Positions 51,161-64,000 of a stretch of DNA of 64,000 nucleotides are shown here, one piece after another. Below the pieces are notes generated by a model. The model was given only the letters and a program-made list of their open reading frames with translations, was not told the DNA's origin and did not search any database. Each line of letters starts with the position of its first letter. Position 1 is the stretch's first letter. The position numbers and the translations under genes were made by a program. Source of the DNA: the human T2T-CHM13v2.0 reference genome, Homo sapiens; assembly GCF_009914755.1 (NCBI RefSeq), contig NC_060932.1. The stretch is one strand, 5' to 3'.

Positions 51161-51559
51161 GAAAGAGCACAACAATTTTTTTAAGTTGTTTTTAAGCTTT
51201 CATAAACAAGTTCTCATGTATCTCGTAGTGCCTCCCAGCTTTGCTTTATTCATACATGCCACTTTGTTGAAAGCTGTGGGCCTTCTCCTCCCAAAAAAAC
51301 TTTGCTATATGTAAATTATACAACAATTTGAATAAGATTTGGGGAAATTCACAGTCTCTCTAAAGACCATCTGTGAATTTCTAAGAGGTCAATAGGCCCC
51401 AGTTTAAGAACATCTGGCTTAAGCACAGAAAGTAAACAACAAAGACATCAAGAATAGAAGTAAAGTTCTTAATTGTGTAACAAACTGTTTTAAATGTTCA
51501 TCTGTAGTTTGATTTTTGGAAATTGGGAAAATACTTTTCCATTGGAACACTATTGATGG

Positions 51560-51825
51560 AAGTTCATTTATTCATTCATCACTTTTTATTTTACTGTCCC
51601 TCTCTGCACACGATCCCTCTCCAAATTCCTACTGCATGTCAATCACTGGGCTGTGTGCTGGGAATACAATGCTGAAAATCTTGGTCCTCAAGAGACTCAC
51701 AGTCCACTGGAGTTCAGCAACATGTTAAAAAATGTCTATAATATACCATAAAAAGTGCAATCATAATGGTAGTATCCACTTATTGCCATACAGAGAAGGA
51801 AATAATTCATTCTGCTTGGTGGTGA

Positions 51826-51864
<39 letters not shown>

Positions 51865-52930
51865 GATATTTTTATTTAGGGATTTCCAAAAAGGACTAAT
51901 GTATAAATTGTCCTTTAAAGGATGAGCAAGAGTTTTCAAGGCAGACCGAGGGTATTCCACACAGAGGAGGCTTAAAGACACACAAAGACATGGGAATGTG
52001 ACACAGCACGATGTTCTTAAGAAACTGTAGAGAACTCAATGTTGTCATGGTATATAGCGTGGTGCAAAGTGCTGAATGATGAAGTGATTGGGCAGCAAAG
52101 CTTAGACTGCAAAAGAGCTCATATGCCTGGTTATCATATGTTAGGGTCCATAGACTTTATATCCTATCTTGGATTTACTGAGATTAAACAGACTTATATA
52201 AGGGTAACCTGGAACAATACTTTCTTAAGAGGCCCATAGTTCCAAAATATTATCCACAAAGCCTCAAACTAATCTTCAGCCAACGGGTTGGACATTGAAG
52301 GGTACTGAAAGTTGAAGCACAGGAGAGACAAAGCTAGGTTTAACTTAAAAAGATTGGTTTGAAGTTTCGCGGAGATTATTTTAGAGCTATGAGCCTCTTA
52401 AAAGGGTACTGTTCCAGGTTACCTCTACCTAAGTCTATTTAATTCCAATAAATCCAAGATAGGGTATAGAATCTATGGGCCCTAAAATCTTTTCTGTTAA
52501 GCAAAAGGATGTAATGTGAAATGCAGACAGATGATTGGATTTGTTAAAGTGGAGGTATTTGAAGATCTTAACAGAGAGTTTTCAGTGGCTTTGTGAGAGC
52601 AAAATCTGACTTAAGTGGGTTGAAGAGAGAAAGGAACTCAAGAAAGCAATCACAGATGAAAAACTTGACAATGTATTCTAATGATGATGAGATAAACCAG
52701 TAGAAAGGGAAAAATGATGATGCAGGAAAGAAAAAACATATATGCAGGAGCAAAAACCCTGAGTATAAGGGGGCAGGGCTAGAATTCAGTGTAGAAATAG
52801 AGGAACTGGTCTTAGATAGGAACAGATACATTTTGTCCATTCCTTTTAAGTAACAGGCATACAAAAAAATAAAAATAAAAATCCTGTCTGGAATTGCAGT
52901 TGATGGAAATAGGAGGGAAGCAGGCAAGTT
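51560..52930 (-). mobile_element. L2 fragments, with (GA)n at 51828-51860
   Basis: 'ttcatttattcattca', 'ctgtgtgctgggaataca', 'agagagttttcagtggc...gtgggttgaagagaga'. Confidence 0.55.
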
Positions 52931-53099
52931 CTTAAGAAAAGTAGATTATTCCAAGAAGACAAGCCAGAAACCAGAAGTGACTCTGATCAACATAGTGCTT
53001 TGCTAAGCACTCAAACTACTATGGTATCTGCTCACACCCTGAGGCCTTCCCCAGGACAGGAGAATCACCATCAATTTCTGGGATTGCATTTTCTCTGAA

Positions 53100-53700
53100 A
53101 ACCTAAAAAACATCACACTACTGTCTCCCAGATTGAAGTTTATTGTGGAGAATTTGAAGCTAACCTGAATTTCCCTTCCTATAGATTATTTGATCATTTT
53201 GCCTAGATACTTGAAAGATCTTTTTTTTTCCCTTAATATTTGAAGTCCAACAACTTTACCAGGCTATTATCATTTGTGTTTTTTCCCCTCCTAGAGTATA
53301 ATGTGCTTTTGGTATCCGAAAATTCAAACCTTTTTTTTTTTCCTGGAAAATTGTCTTTTATTAAACCTTTGAAAATTTTCTATTTCATTAGATCAGATTT
53401 GATTTTTAAAAATACCAAATATACATATGTTGAATCTCCTTTGTCATATTTCATACCTATGATCTCAATAATTTTAAAATCTTCATTCGTTTCCATTTAC
53501 TTTTGTTCAATTTTCCCATTCCTAACTTCCACATATCTAACTGTGTCATCAGCTGTGTTTATTTTCTTTCGTATTGCCTATAATGTGACTTTTGGTGTTA
53601 GTTCTATCATCCATTTCTTACCTTAGCTTTTGCTGCATTGTGTATAGCCTTCTTGTATCATTTTACACTATCTTTCTTAAGCTCTCCTATTGAGTGTATG
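53100..53700 (-). mobile_element. Very old L1M/HAL1-like ORF1 remnant
   Basis: 'ttattgtggagaatttgaagctaacctga' resembles reverse ancient L1 ORF1. Confidence 0.4.
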
Positions 53701-53716
53701 GCAATGTATTTGGTGA

Positions 53717-53882
<166 letters not shown>

Positions 53883-54121
53883 AGATCAGGTTTTTATCTG
53901 TTTAATAGTAATGACCCTACCCCCTAGAGATTATTTGTCTGCCATTTGTTAAACCTTTTACTTGAATTATTTTTATATAGATTCTGTTCTGGTAATTTTA
54001 GATAATCAGTCATTTTTTAATTTCAGAAATTTTTCCTGGATCTTTTGTTTATCAGAGCTTCATGTAGGAGAGGGGTTAATGGATTGTTTTGTGCTAGTTT
54101 TCTTGGCCTGCAAGAGATTCT

Positions 54122-54409
54122 TTTTCTTTTTTTTTTTTTTTTTTTGAGACAGGGCCTTGCTCTGTCACCGAGGCTGGAGTACAGTGGTGCCATCTTGGCT
54201 CACTGCAACCTCCGCCTCCTGGATTCAAGTGATTCTCCCACCTCAGCCTCCCGAATAGCTGGGATTATAGGCATGAGTCACTGCGCCCGGCTTTTTTTTT
54301 TTTTTTTTTTTGTATTTTTAGTAGAGATGGGGTATTGCGGTGTTGGCCAGGCTGGTCTCGAACTCCTGGCCTCAGGTGATCCACCTGCCTTGGCTTCCCA
54401 AAATGCACT
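54122..54409 (-). mobile_element. Alu (old S or J), slightly 5'-truncated
   Basis: Dimer with long central T tract; flanked by gattc(tt) on both sides. Confidence 0.88.
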
Positions 54410-55164
54410 GGATTCTTGAGTGTGTGTGTTGGAGTTAGGAGATTGTCTGATGCTTCCTTTATTCTTAGCCAGCAAACATATGCAGCTCTAAGACGACTTG
54501 AAAATTGAAATCACTCTCCTGTATGATGTTTCCTATACAGACTACTTTCTGAAAGAAATAGCCTGACTATGCATTTCTTTACTCTTCCCAGCATTTCCTG
54601 CTACCTTTCATGTCAGCAGGGTTATAGCAAGTTACTAATTGCAATCCATGCAATCACTATCATTGTTTCAATAAGCATTTTTGCTTCCTTGTTGTAATCT
54701 TTAGGCTACACTAAGTATTTTGGATAACTGAACTCCTCTCTCTCTTTGAGATCTGTAACAGCAAGTGTCTTTCTGTACCTCTACTTGATTTTTACCTTTC
54801 TCATATATTATATTTTGGGGCAACAGATAACACTTAATTATGTTCAAGGTAGAGTTTTTGTTTCCACTCTACTTCCAAAGAAACTTAACCTGATAGAAAT
54901 AAAAATTTCTTTGCATATACAAAAAAGCAACTTCTAATTTCCAAGAGAATACAAAATCATATTTACTCAGACATCCTCAAATCAGAAATCAGAAATCATT
55001 TTTTATTTTATTTTTATTTTTTATTTTTTTATTTTTTATTTATTTATTTTATTTATTTTATTTTTAATTATACTTTAAGTTTTAGGGTACATGTGCACAT
55101 TGTGCAGGTTAGTTACATATGTATACATGTGCCATGCTGGTGCGCTGCTCCCACTAACTCGTCA

Positions 55165-59095
<3,931 letters not shown>

Positions 59096-59158
59096 TATGA
59101 TGTTAGCTGGTTATTTTGCTCGTTAGTTGATGCAGTTTCTTCCTAGTCTTAATGGTCT

Positions 59159-60175
59159 TTACATTTTGGCATGATTTTGCAGCGGCTGGTACTGGTTGTT
59201 CCTTTCCATGTTTAGCGCTTCCTTCAGGAGCTCTTTTAGGGCAGGCCTGGTGGTGACAAAATCTGTCAGCATTTGCTTGTCTGTAAAGTATTTTATTTCT
59301 CCTTCACTTATGAAGCTTAGTTTGGCTAGATATGAAATTCTGGGTGGAAAATTCTTTTCTTTAAGAATGTTGAATATTGGCCCCCACTCTCTTCTGGCTT
59401 GTAGGGTTTCTGCCGAGAGATCCGCTGTTAGTCTGATGGGCTTCCCTTTGAGGGTAACCTGACCTTTCTCTCTGGCTGCCCTTAACATTTTTTCCTTCAT
59501 TTCAACGTTGGTGAATCTGACAATTATGTGTCTTGGAGTTGCTCTTCTCAAGGAGTATCTTTGTGGCGTTCTCTGTATTTCCTGAATCTGAACGTTGGCC
59601 TGCCTTGCTAGATTGGGGAAGTTCTCCTGGATAATATCCTGCAGAGTGTTTTCCAACTTGGTTCCATTCTCCCCATCACTTTCAGGTACACCAATCAGAC
59701 ATAGATATGGTCTTTTCACACAGTCCCATATTTCTTGGAGGCTTTGCTCATTTCTTTTTATTCTTTTTTCTCTAAACTTCCCTTCTCGCTTCATTTCATT
59801 CATTTCATCTTCCATCGCTGATACCCTTTCTTCCAGTTGATCGCATCGGCTCCTGAGGCTTCTGCATTCTTCACGTAGTTCTCGAGCCTTGGTTTTCAGC
59901 TCCATCAGCTCCTTTAAGCACTTCTCTGTATTGGTTATTCTAGTTATACATTCTTCTAAATTTTTTTCAAAGTTTTCAACTTCTTTGCCTTTGGTTTGAA
60001 TGTCCTCCCGTAGCTCAGAGTAATTTGATCGTCTGAAGCCTTCATCTCTCAGCTCGTCAAAGTCATTCTCCATCCAGCTTTGTTCCGTTGCCGGTGAGGA
60101 ACTGCGTTCCTTTGGAGGAGGAGAGGCGCTCTGCTTTTTAGAGTTTCCAGTTTTTCTGTTCTGTTTTTTCCCCAT
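59159..60175 (-). CDS. L1 ORF1p, open 338-aa frame with substitutions in conserved motifs
   Basis: Full-length MGKKQNRK...QNHAKM; REKG and ARR intact; KRPYLCL and YLAKLS variants. Confidence 0.93.
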   Translation of the reverse strand: MGKKQNRKTGNSKKQSASPPPKERSSSPATEQSWMENDFDELRDEGFRRSNYSELREDIQTKGKEVENFEKNLEECITRITNTEKCLKELMELKTKARELREECRSLRSRCDQLEERVSAMEDEMNEMKREGKFREKRIKRNEQSLQEIWDCVKRPYLCLIGVPESDGENGTKLENTLQDIIQENFPNLARQANVQIQEIQRTPQRYSLRRATPRHIIVRFTNVEMKEKMLRAAREKGQVTLKGKPIRLTADLSAETLQARREWGPIFNILKEKNFPPRISYLAKLSFISEGEIKYFTDKQMLTDFVTTRPALKELLKEALNMERNNQYQPLQNHAKM

Positions 60176-61069
60176 CTTTGTGGTTTTATCTACTTTTGGT
60201 CTTTGATGATGGTGATGTACAGATGGGTTTTTGGTGTGGATGCCCTTTCTGTTTGTTAGTTTTCCTTCTAACAGAGAGGACCCTCAGCTGCAGGTCTGTT
60301 GGAATACCCTGCCATGTGAGGTGTCAGTGTGCCCCTGCTTGGGGGTGCCTCCCAGTTAGGCTGCTCAGGGGTCAGGGACCCACTTGAGGAGGCAGTCTGC
60401 CCATTCTCAGATCTCCAGCTGCGTGCTGGGAGAATCACTGCTCTCTTCAAAGCTGTCAGACAGGGACATTTAAGTCTGCAGAGGTTACTGCTGTCTTTTT
60501 GTTTGTCTGTGCCCTGCCCCCAGAGGTGGAGCCTACAGAGGCAGGCAGGCCTCCTTGAGCTGTGGTGGTCTCCACCCAGTTCGAGCTTCCCTGCTTTGTT
60601 TACCTAAGCAAGCCTGGGCAATGACGGCCGCCCCTCCCCCAGCCTCGCTGCCGCCTTGCAGTTTGATCTCAGACTGCTGTGCTAGCAATCAGTGAGACTC
60701 CGTGGGCGTAGGACCCTCCGAGCCAGGTGCGGGATTTAATCTCGTGGTGCGCCGTTTTTTAAGCCCTTCGGAAAAGCGCAGTATTCGGGTGGGAGTGACC
60801 CGATTTTCCAGGTGCGTTTGTCACCCCATTCTTTGACTCGGAAAGGGAACTCCCTGACCCCTTGCGCTTCCCGAGTGAGGCAATGCCTCGCCCGGCTTCG
60901 GCTCGCGCATGGTGCGCGCACCCACTAACCTGCGCCCACTGTCTGGCACTCCCTAGTGAGATGAACCCGGTACCTCAGATGGAAATGCAGAAATCACCCG
61001 TCTTCTGCGTCGCTCACGCTGGGAGCTGTAGACCGGAGCTGTTCCTATTCGGCCATCTTGGCTCCTCCC
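60176..61069 (-). promoter_or_regulatory. L1 5'UTR internal promoter, CpG-rich, with YY1 site and antisense promoter region
   Basis: Many retained CpGs at 60600-61060; YY1 motif aagatggcc (plus strand ggccatctt, 61051-61059). Confidence 0.85.
60621..60836 (+). pseudogene. L1 ORF0 (71 codons) with premature stop at codon 25
   Basis: MTAAPPPASLPPCSLISDCCASNQ*DSVGVGPSEPG...RCVCHPIL*; TGA at 60693-60695. Confidence 0.85.
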
Positions 61070-61254
61070 TCAGAAATCATTTTTTAATACTTACTTCTTA
61101 TAGGAGACATTTATACTTGAACTAAAATCTCAGAATTCACCTAGTATCATAACAAACTGATGGGAGAGAGATTTGGCCAAAAGCACTTTCAATCTTTCTA
61201 AATTGACATAGGGCAGAGACTACTACTACTAATATTCATTCATCCATCAGCTGT

Positions 61255-61770
61255 CTAGGTCAGGATTCTTTTTTCTGAAAGAGAAAGAAACCCAAAGTCA
61301 AAATACTTAAGCAAAAATGAAGGATTTGTTGCTACATATGACCAGATTATAGGAAGGTCAGGAGTAGACCTAGCTTTGTAGAAAAATAGAACTGGGGACT
61401 TAATTGCCTTCAGGCTTTTTTTCTTTTCTTTTCTTTTCTTTTTCTTTATCTCTCATCTTTCTTTCTCTCCATTTCAGTTGCTCAGGGGATGAAACCACTG
61501 TAGGGGATTCAGTGATTGGTAGCTCCAAACTTACATCTTTACGGTGTCCTGAACATCAAAGAAAAGACTATTTTTCTCTGTCAGCACCAGCGTAAAAAAT
61601 CCCAGGGGAACAATTCTAATCAAGCAGGATTGATACCGAGGCCTGTCCCTTAGAGCTTGAACTGTGACCAGGCTTTGCTTCATCTGTGTGTCCAGCCCAT
61701 GTCCAAGAGAAGTGGAGTCTATTTTGGGAAGAAAGTAATGGAGAGGAAGGACTGGGAAGGCCACAAACAA
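61255..61770 (-). mobile_element. Ancient ERVL-type LTR (LTR33-like) remnant
   Basis: 'gtcaggattctttt...aagaaacccaaagtcaaaatacttaagcaaaaa'. Confidence 0.45.
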
Positions 61771-63914
61771 TAACCACTACACCAATCTAATTGTGGTTGT
61801 AAGGTATTATAGTGATGTTTTCATGCTGCCTTTCCAAGAGCCATGTGGTATCACTTGTAAAATATTATAGCTAAGCTTCTTCTACATATATAAACAAACA
61901 AACACAATAAGCATACTTTATGGTTATCTCACACAAATGTGACACAGCTATTTTATTTTGAGCTTTTAGAAAAAGCATAAACGCATAAATGTGTAGTCAT
62001 TCTACTACTGCTCTATTTCTTTTTAAAATCATGTAGTCAGAGTTACTTCTGGCTGGACTGACCACTAAGTGAGACAAATGTTAAAGAGATCCCTCTGTGA
62101 AAAGGCTACTTGTTCCCTGGAAACTTCGAGAAGTCCTTTATTAAGTATGTAAACTTTAGTTTATCTCAGTTGACAGGAATTCAACGGGAATAAATGATTA
62201 GTATAAAGTATGCCAAAATCCACACTGTTTACTTAGGATAGTTGCATTTCACCAAGAATTTAGAATATATCTTAACTTTTTATACTATTAATATAAAGGC
62301 AAAAGGTGTAAATTCTGTGGAATTTACAAACCATCTTACCCTTTAAAAATATTTAAAAATACATTTCCAAATTATAGATACTTTTATGAAATACTCTAAT
62401 TTCAATTATGTGAGACATCAGGTGCTAAAAGAAGGTGAGATGCTTGCTAGCTCTTAGAAGAAAGAAATGTTCAAATTTTATTTTATTTTATTTTGCTCCT
62501 TTGAATAGCAGTGTAACTTCTAATCAGTCATGGAGTAGTTTCATTCTATTTATCAGGATAATGAAAGTCTCAAAATTTCTTCTTTCAGGGAAAAGCAGCT
62601 GGAAAGAAGTAAAGAGAGCAATGTTTTCTTATTCTTTTGTGAATTTTATAGAGTTAGTAACTTGGCACAGACTCATGCTTCCAATATCTTACCCCTAAGG
62701 AGCTAGTTAGTGTAAAAAAAGAGAGAAAGGAAAAAGACAAAAACCCACTTGGGCAAATGCAAGCACCAATTCCCTCTTTCAAAAACAAGAGAAGGGAAAA
62801 ATAATCCATTTTTTATGGTATATTACCTACAAGTGCAGACATGACTTTGGTAATCATGCTTTTGTTGCACACAGACTGTAAAATATTTATGGAGACAATG
62901 TGATTTGGGTCAAGACATTAAATAAAGTAAAAGTTGCTTTATTCAATATGTGATGAACAGTATCCATATTAAAAACCATTGGGAAAAGTGTTCAAATGAA
63001 AAAATATGCTTAAAACAAATTCATCTGTTCAATGTTCATAAATGTTTTAAGAAATGCAGACAAACAAGTCTTGAAATCCATATTTACTGTACACAGTTGA
63101 AAAACTAATAGTATTTATTCAATCCAGAGGGGGAAGTGACTCAAAATTTGGCTTTTAATGATCAACAGGAAATACTTTTCCTGAGAAATTACTAACGTGT
63201 TTGTTGTCAGCCAAGCTACAATAGGGTTATCACTCTTCTCTTGGCAAATTGCTAATGCTATTAGACTAACATTGATTTATAAAGGAAAGATTTCTTTCAG
63301 ACTACAGAAAATCTTAAGTTTTGACTCAATAATACTGTCTAGATTGAAGGAATATGTGTGTGAAGAATGCAAAGCTGAGTGTTTACTTGAGAATTCGGTA
63401 TTGCTCAATGGCAATTATATAGCAAATTAAGTAACACATTGACTCAGGGATGTTATTTAGTGCTGATTAGGGTCAAACTGTGCGGTCTTGTTCTGCCAGG
63501 TCATTCTCTAATGTGTGTGCAGGATGAAAAAAGAAAGCTTCATAATTTAAACAGAGAAGTAACATGCAGCTACCTAGTGTTACTATCTGTATGAAATCTG
63601 CCCTCTGGAACCTACATTCTGGTTTAGCCAGTAAAATTCAAGGTCAAGTTGATTGTGAAAGTTTTACTCATTCACTCACTCATTCAATGTTTTGTGAATT
63701 ACAAATTCCTTCCTTTGAGAAGGAACAGTTACCTATTCCCACCAAAGCAAACTTCACATAAATATCAATCCAAATTCAGCCTTAAGCATTATGCAAATTG
63801 GTGCATACTTTGCTTTCTTGTTTATATAAATAATGGAAGATGTGGAAAAGCCTGTATGACTTGGTTCAGGTGAATTTGGGTCAAACTCCAAGAAAAGATA
63901 ATATTGATAATAAT

Positions 63915-64000
63915 AACTGACATTTATTTATTAGGTCTACACTACCTGCCAGGCACTGTTCTACGTGCTTCCTTTAAGTTTTCAAGTGGTTCAAATGATC
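63915..64000 (-). mobile_element. MIR 3' end, cut by the window edge
   Basis: 'catttattt...ctacctgccaggcactgttctacgtgctt'. Confidence 0.6.

Overview
Primate (most likely human/great ape) AT-rich genomic DNA made mostly of transposable elements. I could not identify any host protein-coding exon, RNA gene or CRISPR-like system. It holds several L1 LINEs of different ages, including a full-length L1PA2-like element (55006-61069) with a 17-bp TSD, CpG-rich 5'UTR and open ORF1. It also holds a full-length Tigger1 with an internal GAA expansion, THE1 and MER21 solo LTRs, Alus, MIR/L2 relics, and a processed NDUFA4 pseudogene (about 42592-43080, minus). An ~18-kb nested TE stack spans 16.3-34.0 kb. 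I found no convincing novel biological system. The best leads are the NDUFA4 retrocopy (ancestral residues, intact miR-147b site), the open but point-mutated L1 ORF1, and several precisely readable insertion histories. Subfamily names come from recalled consensus sequences, not from a RepeatMasker run.
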